This document shows, piece by piece, positions 48,912 to 57,711 of a DNA stretch of 64,000 bases (position 1 is its first letter; every line of letters starts with the position of its first letter). The position numbers and the translations under genes are program-made. This stretch comes from a virus, in IMG/VR virus record IMGVR_UViG_3300042882_001508; one strand, written 5' to 3'. Below the pieces are notes generated by a model, which did not search any database, was not told the origin of the DNA, and worked only from the letters and a program-made list of their open reading frames with translations.

Positions 48912-49921
48912 ATATAATCTCTGAAATACAAATTTATGTTTTTATCAACCGTGGAATAATTTGGATAGTCAGGAATACTAACCGAGAGACAATCATGGTC
49001 TTCTCTGATTATGGTCAGTAAAGCTCCTTGATATTCCAAAGTACCTCGATAAAAACCTTTATTATTATATAAATATTCGTTCACAACCCCTTCTAAATCT
49101 CTTATCGGTAATTTGAATTTCTGAACCATCGTATTTTCTTTGAAAGGATGTGGTTTGGAAAACCATTCACCTTGTCCATCAAAATAATCATTCAACTCTG
49201 ACCAAATTTCATCGTAAATTGTAGTTTCATAAGCTGAATTGTAAGCATTTGAGTGTATACTATATAGCTCTGATTTCAGGTCAGATAGTTCATCATCCAA
49301 TAATGAATTCATAGATTCTTCATCGTCAATTATTCTTGATACAACTTCTGAATTAATTTCCCAATAATCATTATGACCTTGTTCTGTAGCAATTAGTTCC
49401 ATTTCTTCTGTTTCGGGGGAAAGTTGTTTATCCTTGAGATTTTCGATGATGTATTCTTTCAAACGTTCAATATTTTCTGAATTCAATTCCTCAATTACGT
49501 CTCTGTATAAATCGTCAGTTGTATCCCAATAACTGTCATACCAGTCTCCGTCGTCCGAGAGAATTTTTCTTATAGTATCTTGTGATACGTCATTTCTGTG
49601 ACCACCACAAAAAAGGTCCGCTAAATCTTCCCTATCACCAATCCAATAAGCTTTTCTCGTTTTTGGGTCAATTTCAACATCTCCCAAAAATCTTCCAACC
49701 CAAAAATAATATCTTGGTTTATCATTTTCGTATAACCACAAGAGATAATCGTTTTGCCAACCTTCAGAATCGTAACTTTCTATGTCTAATTTTGTGTAAA
49801 GACCTCTTGATTTGAGAACATCAAAAAAAGTTTCTAAATCTCCGAAATAAGATATAACATCATCTTGTTCCTTATTTAGGAAGTCATCAAGTATTCTGTT
49901 TAGATTATCATTTACACTCAT
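48908..49921 (-). CDS. Highly acidic hypothetical protein
   Basis: 337 aa, Asp/Glu-rich, no motif recognised. Confidence 0.45.
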   Translation of the reverse strand: MSVNDNLNRILDDFLNKEQDDVISYFGDLETFFDVLKSRGLYTKLDIESYDSEGWQNDYLLWLYENDKPRYYFWVGRFLGDVEIDPKTRKAYWIGDREDLADLFCGGHRNDVSQDTIRKILSDDGDWYDSYWDTTDDLYRDVIEELNSENIERLKEYIIENLKDKQLSPETEEMELIATEQGHNDYWEINSEVVSRIIDDEESMNSLLDDELSDLKSELYSIHSNAYNSAYETTIYDEIWSELNDYFDGQGEWFSKPHPFKENTMVQKFKLPIRDLEGVVNEYLYNNKGFYRGTLEYQGALLTIIREDHDCLSVSIPDYPNYSTVDKNINLYFRDYI

Positions 49922-49933
49922 ACATTATAAATA

Positions 49934-49960
49934 CAAAAAAAGGGACAAATTTTGTCCCTT
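49934..49960 (-). terminator. Hairpin plus T-run on the minus strand (terminator for the small minus-strand ORF)
   Basis: Near-palindromic gggacaaa-t-tttgtccc, preceded on the plus strand by aaaaaaa. Confidence 0.45.
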
Positions 49961-49985
49961 ATAATGATTAGAAGTTATATCTTTT

Positions 49986-50150
49986 TATTTGTTGGTCTTA
50001 TTCGCTTGGTAATACTTTTCAATTGTTTTTTTCACGGAGGCTTTTACGTTGTCCTGTTGAATTTTTTGTTGCTCTTGTATTTGTCTTTGTTGAGCCGCGG
50101 CCTCAGCTGCAGAAACAGGTTGTTGTTGACCTTTATTTTTACATCCACAT
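49986..50150 (-). CDS. Small Gln-rich protein (54 aa), not in the ORF track
   Basis: Hand translation gives MGCGCKNKGQQQPVSAAEAAAQQRQIQEQQKIQQDNVKASVKKTIEKYYQANKT. A hairpin plus T-run lies immediately downstream on the minus strand. Confidence 0.3.
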
Positions 50151-50166
50151 CCCATAAAAAATTATT

Positions 50167-50197
50167 TTTGTTGAGTTTATTTAGATAAATATATTTG
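50167..50197 (+). promoter_or_regulatory. Bacteroidetes sigma-A-type promoter (-33 TTTG, 19 nt spacer, -7 TATATTTG)
   Basis: TTTG at 50167..50170, a 19 nt spacer, TATATTTG at 50190..50197, upstream of the gene starting at 50242. Confidence 0.5.
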
Positions 50198-50241
50198 TAG
50201 GGGAAATATAATTTAGAAAAGATATTTATTAAATAAAAAAA

Positions 50242-51984
50242 GTGAAATTTTTTCAAATTTTAAAAGAATCGAGAGCTGATGAGTTTACCCTCAAATATGC
50301 AAACAAGTTTACCGGTGAACAACTTAGAAGAATGATTGATTTGATTAAGCCAAAATTTTTAGATTGGTCGGGTCGGGTCTTGGATGCAATCTCCTTTGAA
50401 AAACAAATTTTACAACTCAATGAATATTTAAATATTTTCGAAAACATTTCATCAAATTTACCTCAAACAGATATTAATCGTTATAAGTCATTGGATGAGT
50501 TAATCCAAGAGATTAAAAAGTATCAAGACAAGCCGAAAAGAAATTATACTCAAACGGAGGGTGGAAATTTAGTTTTTCAAGATGATAGATTTTATATTAT
50601 TAATCCACTTAATCATAAATCATCTTGTTATTATGGTGCTGGAACCAAATGGTGTACAAGTACAACTGACAGTGATGCAAATTTCAACAAATACAATAGT
50701 GATGGAAAACTTTTTTATTTTATTGATAAAAAGTTAAAAACAGATGACCCTTTCTATAAAGTTGCTCTCCTTTATAAATTTGATAAAGAGAAATCTTGGT
50801 GGGATGCCCAAGACAATTCTTTCTCTAAGGGATGGATACTTGGTTCCGAAGAACTTGATAAAATTATGGGACAAATCGAAGAATATCTCAGAAATCAATA
50901 CCCAGAACAAATTCAAAAGTTTGAGGATGAAAAAAGAAAAAAAGAAGAGAAGGAAAGACAGAGACGATTAGAAATCCAAAGAATTCAAAGACAAAGGTAC
51001 GAGGATGCTGAAGAAAGAAGAGCGGAGGGAGAATGGGATTTAGGACCCGATTGTCCTGAGGAAGGGTTGAAAGCTCATGCACTTCTCGATTGGTTGGTTG
51101 ATACAAGTGATATTGAAGTCTTAACCAACGCAGACAGAATTGAAATTCAGAGAATTAATGATGAAATTGAAAGGTTGAACACAGAATACGACACATCTGA
51201 TGAAGTAAGAACAGACCTTTTAGATACAATAAGTGATTTAGAAGATGAAAGAGATGAGTTAGTTTCAAAAATTGATGTTTATAATATTGTACCAACAGGA
51301 GAATACTACCAAATGACTGAATTCGAAGTTATAGAAAGTGCGGATTTGGAAGGAAGAAGATATGTTGTTGGAACTTTAGATGAAACAAGAGAGAGTGCTG
51401 AAGAAGCTTTGAGACAACAAATAGATGATATGGGTGTGGATGCATTCAATCATGGGTTTGCGAAAGGGCATTTGGATAAGGATAAAATTGAGGACACCGC
51501 TAGAGATTATTTTTATCAAGACATTTGGGATAATCCAGAAGCGTTCTTAGATGATTCACAAAGGGAATTATCTAACAAACAAGATGATAATATAAATTTA
51601 TTAGAAAGAAAAATAAAACAAGCTGAAGACTCAATTGAAAGTCTTGAAGAATTAGATGGTACTGAGGAAAAAATAGAGGAGTTACAAGATATGATTGTGG
51701 ATTGGGAGGAAGAAATTCAAGAAATAAAAGATGACCCTCAAGGAGATTTTCCAAGTGAACTAATAGATGAGAAAATAGATGAGATGGTGGAAGACGCGGT
51801 AAGTGACCCTGAATATTTTTTGAGTAACTATGGTTTAGATTGGGCGGATTTTATAGACGTTGAAGCGTTAATTGAGGAGGCGATTGATGTGGATGGTGAA
51901 GCTCACTTCATTAATTCTTATGACGGAAATTCTGATGAAGTTACAGTACAAGACCAAACCTTTGTGGTTATGAGAATTGATTAA
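50242..51984 (+). CDS. WCTS-motif domain protein with a long acidic coiled-coil C-terminus
   Basis: SSCYYGAGTKWCTSTTDSDANFNKYNSDGKLFYFID is homologous to the central domain of 34616..35947. An E/D-rich coiled coil follows. A perfect Bacteroidetes promoter lies upstream. Confidence 0.5.
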   Translation: MKFFQILKESRADEFTLKYANKFTGEQLRRMIDLIKPKFLDWSGRVLDAISFEKQILQLNEYLNIFENISSNLPQTDINRYKSLDELIQEIKKYQDKPKRNYTQTEGGNLVFQDDRFYIINPLNHKSSCYYGAGTKWCTSTTDSDANFNKYNSDGKLFYFIDKKLKTDDPFYKVALLYKFDKEKSWWDAQDNSFSKGWILGSEELDKIMGQIEEYLRNQYPEQIQKFEDEKRKKEEKERQRRLEIQRIQRQRYEDAEERRAEGEWDLGPDCPEEGLKAHALLDWLVDTSDIEVLTNADRIEIQRINDEIERLNTEYDTSDEVRTDLLDTISDLEDERDELVSKIDVYNIVPTGEYYQMTEFEVIESADLEGRRYVVGTLDETRESAEEALRQQIDDMGVDAFNHGFAKGHLDKDKIEDTARDYFYQDIWDNPEAFLDDSQRELSNKQDDNINLLERKIKQAEDSIESLEELDGTEEKIEELQDMIVDWEEEIQEIKDDPQGDFPSELIDEKIDEMVEDAVSDPEYFLSNYGLDWADFIDVEALIEEAIDVDGEAHFINSYDGNSDEVTVQDQTFVVMRID

Positions 51985-52012
51985 GAAAATTTTTTAATTA
52001 TTTTTCTCATAT

Positions 52013-52591
52013 ATGAATGGAAAAGAAAAGTTAGTTTTTGGTGACAATTATATTTTTTTACCTGAGTTAGATGGATATGTAATGCATGTTGCAGAAAAAA
52101 AATTAATGAGGGAGTTGGCACTTCTTGCAACAAGAAATGGAGGACATATACTCGAGATTGGTTTTGGGTTAAATATAACAGCCGACTTTGTGCAAGAAAA
52201 TCCCAACGTTCTTTCCCACACCATAATTGAAGTACATCCTGAGATTTATGAGAGAGCTGTGAAATGGGCTGAGAATAAAAAAAATGTTACTTTATTATTA
52301 GGAAGTTGGGAAGAGGTTATTCCCAAATTAGATAAAAAGTTTGACGGTGTTTTACATGATACACATGAGGACCCTAACATTCCATTTTTCCTTACCGATG
52401 TTAAAAAAAATTGTAATGAAAACTGCATCGTTGCATTTTTCGAATATCTAATAATAGATTATAGATTAGGTGAGGTTATCTATGAGTTCGAAAATGAAAG
52501 TATAAATAATTTACCTTATTCGCTTCCAAAAAAATATCCGTTGAAATATACAATTTTCCGAAATGGTGAGTTCAGTTCGGATAATTATTAA
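52013..52591 (+). CDS. GAMT/RMT2-family SAM-dependent methyltransferase (guanidino-group N-methyltransferase-like)
   Basis: MHVAEKKLM...GGHILEIGFGLNITA...LLGSWEEVIPKLDKKFDGVLHDTH aligns motif by motif with guanidinoacetate N-methyltransferase (YMHALA...GGRVLEVGFGMAIAA...[23 protein letters not shown]). Confidence 0.55.
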   Translation: MNGKEKLVFGDNYIFLPELDGYVMHVAEKKLMRELALLATRNGGHILEIGFGLNITADFVQENPNVLSHTIIEVHPEIYERAVKWAENKKNVTLLLGSWEEVIPKLDKKFDGVLHDTHEDPNIPFFLTDVKKNCNENCIVAFFEYLIIDYRLGEVIYEFENESINNLPYSLPKKYPLKYTIFRNGEFSSDNY

Positions 52592-52594
52592 AAA

Positions 52595-53374
52595 ATGCCA
52601 AGAAAAAAGAAAATATCATTTCAGTTGGACCCCGAGTGGATGTTAAAATCTCCCGTGGATTTTGAGTTTAACAAGTATACTCTTTTGGACTACATTCAAA
52701 AGTGTGAAAAAAGGTTTGAAAAACTTGAGATTTACCCTGATTTTGTTGAACTCTCTCTTCATTTAGCAAATCTACAATCACTTACGAAAGAGAAGACATT
52801 ACTTCTGACTGATAAAAAATTCAATTCTTGTGATGATGAGATTTTACTCAAAGAACTTTATCCAAAAAAACCGAGAGACCTTTCTAAAGAAGAGGAGGAA
52901 CAACTTGACAAAACAATAATGTATTCAGGAAACAAACTTTTTGATACTTTCAATATTGGAAAATCTATTTGGAATCTTGCGTTTGATAACATTTTTATCA
53001 ATTTGAAAAAAAATAGAGATAGTTTACATTTGGGTAAGGGGTTTTGTTACTTTGTTGAACAAGATACAAGGAAATTGTACATTTGGCAATATGAGATTAA
53101 GAGAGATAGGAAAAAAGGTGGTGACCACAAAACAAATCTTACACTCATATTCGAAAACAATTTGTCCGATAACTCAATAACAGAATTAATCACCAATTTT
53201 TCAACTTGGAAAAATGATGTAACAATTTATCCAATTTTTGAAATCAAATCCAAAATAGCCTTCCCGATGGAACAAACCTTCGTTCCGATGATGAAAAGAA
53301 AAATTTTGACTTTTATATTTCAAGTTGCCAATGCGGAACTTATGAAATCCTTTGATTCTTCTCCGAAAGTTTAA
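52595..53374 (+). CDS. Hypothetical protein
   Basis: ORF. Confidence 0.4.
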   Translation: MPRKKKISFQLDPEWMLKSPVDFEFNKYTLLDYIQKCEKRFEKLEIYPDFVELSLHLANLQSLTKEKTLLLTDKKFNSCDDEILLKELYPKKPRDLSKEEEEQLDKTIMYSGNKLFDTFNIGKSIWNLAFDNIFINLKKNRDSLHLGKGFCYFVEQDTRKLYIWQYEIKRDRKKGGDHKTNLTLIFENNLSDNSITELITNFSTWKNDVTIYPIFEIKSKIAFPMEQTFVPMMKRKILTFIFQVANAELMKSFDSSPKV

Positions 53375-53386
53375 TATATTTGTTTT

Positions 53387-53602
53387 ATGGGATTTAATAG
53401 AAGATATGTCGACAAAGACACTTCAATCCACGCTTTGAAAAATGGTGGACTGAAAAATTATTACGGAAAGTCCGACGCACTTATTTTCGAAGATGATATC
53501 AGTTCAAAAATTTACGAACTCTATAAATCTGGTCACAATTCCGAAGAAATTCTTATCATTATAAATCAAAACATGGAGGAAAAAACCAATGAAATCTATT
53601 AA
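53387..53602 (+). CDS. Hypothetical small protein
   Basis: ORF. Confidence 0.3.
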   Translation: MGFNRRYVDKDTSIHALKNGGLKNYYGKSDALIFEDDISSKIYELYKSGHNSEEILIIINQNMEEKTNEIY

Positions 53603-53846
53603 ATCAATCAAAGAAACAAAAGACGTAGCTCTCGGGACCATTAAGAGAGTTGATGACAAAACTGCAATTAATATGGTTGGAAATATGTGGGCTTACATAT
53701 CTAAAGCAGAATGGAAAGCGGCTACGAGAAAATCCAAACCAACCGAGGTAAAAGGAGAAGAAAATTCTCAACAACCTCAAGAACAAACTGACAAAAAACC
53801 TTATAAAAAGGGCCAAAAGTCCGACAAACATAAAAACAAACAATAA
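53589..53846 (+). CDS. Hypothetical small basic protein
   Basis: ORF with a Lys-rich C-terminus. Confidence 0.3.
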   Translation: MKSIKSIKETKDVALGTIKRVDDKTAINMVGNMWAYISKAEWKAATRKSKPTEVKGEENSQQPQEQTDKKPYKKGQKSDKHKNKQ

Positions 53847-54076
53847 TGGGAAACGTATCTGAACAGTTGATTAGAATGCTTCGTTGTGAAGCTTTTGCAC
53901 AAAGAGCCAAAGCTCTTCTTACATTTAAATTATTATCTGAGAATGCTGTAGGGATTGGAGACCACTCAACAGGTGATTTTTATAAAAACGCAGAAGAAGC
54001 ATTACAAATGCTCGTCGATGCTGATGATAAATTGGAGGCTTTGCAAAAATACTTTCCAAATGAAAAAGATAATTAA
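53846..54076 (+). CDS. Hypothetical small protein
   Basis: ORF. Confidence 0.3.
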   Translation: MGNVSEQLIRMLRCEAFAQRAKALLTFKLLSENAVGIGDHSTGDFYKNAEEALQMLVDADDKLEALQKYFPNEKDN

Positions 54077-54180
54077 GAAATTGGAGTGGATATTCGATTA
54101 TTATTTCGTTTGGATGTTATATAACGGAAATAAAACACACAAGTACATAGAGTACATGGAGAAAAAGTGGGGAAATAAAA

Positions 54181-54411
54181 ATGATTGACAATACAGAATG
54201 GGTCAATGGACCCTCTCACTACGGAGGAAAAGAAAACCCATACGAAGTAATTAAAGTTTGTGAAGCTTGGGAGCTCGATAAAGACGCTTATTTATTCAAC
54301 GTGGTCAAATATGTTGCTCGAGCAGGAAAGAAAGACGTCTCTAAAGAAATTGAAGACCTTAAGAAAGCGGCTTTTTATTTAGATAGAAAAATTAAAAATT
54401 TAGAAAAATGA
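54181..54411 (+). CDS. DUF3310-like phage protein
   Basis: SHYGGKENPYEVIKVCEAW...FNVVKYVARAGKK...DLKKAAFYL fits the DUF3310 pattern (HYGG...IE...F..GNAIKY..RAG.K..EDL.KA..Y) that is often found beside phage nucleotide kinases. Confidence 0.45.
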   Translation: MIDNTEWVNGPSHYGGKENPYEVIKVCEAWELDKDAYLFNVVKYVARAGKKDVSKEIEDLKKAAFYLDRKIKNLEK

Positions 54412-54860
54412 TTATTTGGTTAACAGGTCAACCCGGTGCGGGTAAAACAACAATTTGTAAAAAAATTTTACTTAGAGACGCTAGTATTTTCCACATCGAT
54501 GGAGATGACCTCAGAGATTTATTTGAGAACAAAGACTACTCCGAACAAGGTAGAAGAAAAAACATTGAGTTAGCCCAACAAATTGCTCAGTATCTCACTA
54601 ACAAGGGTGAAGATGTATTAGTATCTTTGGTTTCCCCCTACAAAGACCAAAGAAATAAATTCAAAGAAAAGATGGGGGATAAATTGGTAGAGGTTTATGT
54701 TCATACTTCTGAAAAAAGAGGGAGAGAAGATTTCTTCGTAAAAGAATATGGACAACCCACCGAAAATTACCTTGACATTGATACAACAAATGAAAGTGTT
54801 GAGGAGTCAGCTCAAAAAGTATTAGAATATGCGAAGAATAAACCAAACACAACCAAATAA
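54408..54860 (+). CDS. P-loop kinase, adenylyl-sulfate (APS) kinase-like
   Basis: Walker A GQPGAGKTT, then IDGDDLR and SLVSPYKDQR...LVEVYV. These line up with APS kinase LDGDNVR / FISPYRADR / FIEVFV. Confidence 0.5.
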   Translation: MIIWLTGQPGAGKTTICKKILLRDASIFHIDGDDLRDLFENKDYSEQGRRKNIELAQQIAQYLTNKGEDVLVSLVSPYKDQRNKFKEKMGDKLVEVYVHTSEKRGREDFFVKEYGQPTENYLDIDTTNESVEESAQKVLEYAKNKPNTTK

Positions 54861-54896
54861 AAATGTTCTTTTTGGTTAATCCTCATATTTATTAAT

Positions 54897-55439
54897 ATGA
54901 AAGCAATTGATTTAAAAGGACAAAAATTTGGTAAACTGTTGGTTAAAGAGTTTGCGGGACATAAAAACAACTTAAGACAATGGTTATGTGTCTGTGAGTG
55001 TGGAAATGAAAAAATTGTTAGAGGGGGACATTTAACTAAAGGGTTTACAAAAACCTGCGGTTGTGAAGCTCACCCAACACAATTTAACCATAAATCTTGG
55101 AAAGGTTATGGAGAGATTCCCTTAGATTTTTTTACTACCATTAAGAAAAACGCAGAACGTAGAAACATTGAATTTTATATTACAATTGAATATCTTTGGG
55201 AAATCTTCGTAAAACAAAATAAAAAATGTGCATTATCTGGTAGAGACTTAAAATTTGGGAGAATTGTAAAAGATAGAAAGGGTAAAAATGTTTCTGTTGA
55301 TAGAATTGATTCTTCTAAAGGTTATGTAAACGGAAATATCCAATGGATAGATAAACAAATAAACATTATGAAGAATAATTTGGATGAAAATGAATTCTTA
55401 CAGCTTTGTAATGATATTGTAAACTATAAAAAAATATGA
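54897..55439 (+). CDS. HNH-family (homing) endonuclease-like protein
   Basis: N-terminal Cys cluster CVCECGNE...CGC. The C-terminus (SGRDLKFGR...VSVDRIDSSKGYVNGNIQWIDKQINIMKNN) matches the HNH_3-type pattern. Confidence 0.5.
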   Translation: MKAIDLKGQKFGKLLVKEFAGHKNNLRQWLCVCECGNEKIVRGGHLTKGFTKTCGCEAHPTQFNHKSWKGYGEIPLDFFTTIKKNAERRNIEFYITIEYLWEIFVKQNKKCALSGRDLKFGRIVKDRKGKNVSVDRIDSSKGYVNGNIQWIDKQINIMKNNLDENEFLQLCNDIVNYKKI

Positions 55440-55837
55440 AAAAAATTCACGTTGAGGGAGACCCAAAATTAAAAAACACAGGAGGAAAACAGTATTCAAT
55501 GGTAGTCGGACGATTTCAACCTTTTCACGATGGACACAAATGGTTGGTTAATCAATGTTTAGAGGATGGTAAAAATGTTCTGATTTGTATTAGAGACATC
55601 CAACCAGATGAAAAAAATCCATTTTCACCTGAAGACGTTCAAAGAAATATCATGAACGAACTTTGGAAACTTATAGGAGAAGAAAAAGTTAAGGTCATGA
55701 TTATACCCGATATTGAGTCAGTGAATTTCGGAAGAGGTGTTGGATATGATATCATTGAGCATGTACCACCTCAAGAAGTTCATGATATTTCTGCAACAAA
55801 AATCCGTGAACAAATGAGACAGGAGGGAAAGTTATGA
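55436..55837 (+). CDS. Nicotinamide/nicotinate mononucleotide adenylyltransferase-like nucleotidyltransferase (archaeal NadM type)
   Basis: The HxGH motif GRFQPFHDGH is identical in form to the archaeal/NadM NMNAT GRFQPFHxGH. The ~130 aa size suits a minimal NMNAT. Confidence 0.5.
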   Translation: MKKIHVEGDPKLKNTGGKQYSMVVGRFQPFHDGHKWLVNQCLEDGKNVLICIRDIQPDEKNPFSPEDVQRNIMNELWKLIGEEKVKVMIIPDIESVNFGRGVGYDIIEHVPPQEVHDISATKIREQMRQEGKL

Positions 55838-56067
55838 TAGATGTCAAAGTTAGATGGAATACACAATGTAAAGACGGTCACAACTTTTGGAGAATTCTAA
55901 TTGATAGTGAAGAGAGAATTTGTTCTAATATAATTTTTGAAGTTCCCGTTCATACGACCCGAGACATTGTTTGGGATTCTTTAAGGAATATGGAAGTCGA
56001 AAAACACCATGTTAGTTGTCAGGCCAATGATGTTATTTGGAAAGGGGATGTTGTGATTGTAAAATAG
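55834..56067 (+). CDS. Hypothetical small protein
   Basis: ORF. Confidence 0.3.
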   Translation: MIDVKVRWNTQCKDGHNFWRILIDSEERICSNIIFEVPVHTTRDIVWDSLRNMEVEKHHVSCQANDVIWKGDVVIVK

Positions 56068-56134
56068 AAAATATTTTCAATTTACTGGACTTAGTGGAAA
56101 AAAATCATTAAAATTGAATTATTAAACTGTTATA

Positions 56135-56998
56135 ATGGAAAATTTTTTAGGTAATATAATAAATGGTGACTGTATAGTAGAGATGGCTAAAATGCCTGAA
56201 AACTCAATCGATTTAATTGTCACTTCCCCACCATACGGAGTCGGGATTGAATATGACTCATTCGATGATGATATGAACATAGAAGACTACAAAGAGTTTT
56301 CGAAGAAATGGCTCACTGAGGCTTATAGACTTCTGAAGGCGGATGGTAGAATTGCTCTCAATGTTCCTTATGAAATCAACCGACAGGATAAAGGAGGAAG
56401 AGTTTTTATTGCCTCTGAACTTTGGCAGATTATGCAAAGAATTGGTTACAAATTTTATGGTATTGTGGATTTGGATGAAGATTCTCCACACAGAAGTAAG
56501 ACCACGGCTTGGGGTTCATGGATGTCTCCTTCTGCACCTTACATCTACAATCCGAAAGAGTGTGTTATCTTGGCTTACAAATCTAAACATATTAAGATTG
56601 TTAAAGGTGAACCCGAGTGGGTTGGCGTGATTGATGAGATTGAACAAGAGGATGGAACAAAAAAGAAAAAAACTCTTTATACTGAAGAACAGAAGAAAGA
56701 ATTTATGGATTTGGTTTATGGACAGTGGACGTATTTTGCAGACACAAAACAAATGACCAAAGCAACCTTTTCTTTGGATATCCCAATGAAAGCTATGAAG
56801 ATACTCACATATAAAAATGACGTCGTCTTGGACCCTTTCTGTGGGTCTGGTACAACTCCAGTTGCTGCAGTGATATCAGGAAGAAATTGGGTGGGTATTG
56901 AACTCAGTCCGAACTATTGTGAAATAGCCCGTCAAAGAGTTAAACAATTCGTGGATAAAAAGAAACAAACTAAATTAGATTTCGAAGAAGGGGTTTAA
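56135..56998 (+). CDS. DNA methyltransferase, beta class N6-adenine/N4-cytosine (N6_N4_Mtase family)
   Basis: The catalytic IVTSPPY precedes the AdoMet motif DPFCGSGTT, which is the beta-class order. A terminator follows the gene. Confidence 0.75.
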   Translation: MENFLGNIINGDCIVEMAKMPENSIDLIVTSPPYGVGIEYDSFDDDMNIEDYKEFSKKWLTEAYRLLKADGRIALNVPYEINRQDKGGRVFIASELWQIMQRIGYKFYGIVDLDEDSPHRSKTTAWGSWMSPSAPYIYNPKECVILAYKSKHIKIVKGEPEWVGVIDEIEQEDGTKKKKTLYTEEQKKEFMDLVYGQWTYFADTKQMTKATFSLDIPMKAMKILTYKNDVVLDPFCGSGTTPVAAVISGRNWVGIELSPNYCEIARQRVKQFVDKKKQTKLDFEEGV

Positions 56999-57015
56999 AA
57001 ACCCCTTTTTTTATT
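56987..57015 (+). terminator. Intrinsic terminator after the DNA methyltransferase gene
   Basis: aaggggttt-aa-aaacccctt followed by tttttttatttttt. Confidence 0.6.
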
Positions 57016-57043
57016 TTTTGGATATTTATAGGAAATTATTCCT

Positions 57044-57415
57044 ATGAAAGAAGAACTCATAAAAAAACTCGTTCAAATTCAACTTCAATTTAAATTTTTA
57101 CATTGGCAAACTTTTGGAGATGCTAAACATAGACTTTATGGAGAAATCTATGATAAGTTGGGAGACTTTATTGATGAGTTCACTGAAACAATGATGGGAA
57201 AATACGGAAGACCAGAGTTTGACTCTGAATTTGGAATTATGTTTCAAGATATTTCGGCATTGAGTATGCAGAATTTTATAGATGGAATTACTGAATTTTT
57301 TGTTGGGATGTCAGACCAACTCGACTCAAGATATGATACAGACTTACTCAACATTAGAGATGAGATGTTGGGTCTCATAAATAAATCTAAGTACTTATTA
57401 ACACTCAAATACTAA
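57044..57415 (+). CDS. Hypothetical protein
   Basis: ORF. Confidence 0.35.
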   Translation: MKEELIKKLVQIQLQFKFLHWQTFGDAKHRLYGEIYDKLGDFIDEFTETMMGKYGRPEFDSEFGIMFQDISALSMQNFIDGITEFFVGMSDQLDSRYDTDLLNIRDEMLGLINKSKYLLTLKY

Positions 57416-57711
57416 TGGCACAGAAAATTGTAAGACTAAGCGAAGGTGACTTAATTAATCTTGTAAAAAGGGTTATCACCGAACAAAAAAAATTCGAACT
57501 ATTCATGAATCCTGGTCAAACAGCTGAAGCAGAATTGATTGGAGACATATTGACTATTTTTTCTCAGATGGGGAAAGACCAAATCTTTAAAGTAAAAACA
57601 TCTTTACCGAAAGGAAAATTTATGTTTGAATATTCGAAAGATGGAAAATATTACGGATACGATAAGAGAGGAAAAAAACATGAAATCCTTTTGATAGAAA
57701 AAAGAAAATGA
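57415..57711 (+). CDS. Hypothetical protein
   Basis: ORF. Confidence 0.35.
   Translation: MAQKIVRLSEGDLINLVKRVITEQKKFELFMNPGQTAEAELIGDILTIFSQMGKDQIFKVKTSLPKGKFMFEYSKDGKYYGYDKRGKKHEILLIEKRK

Noticed and set aside
49986-50150. An N-terminal MGCGC in the small minus-strand ORF as a myristoylation/palmitoylation signal.
   Set aside because: That is a eukaryotic lipidation motif with no meaning in a bacterial host. It is noted only as a curiosity.
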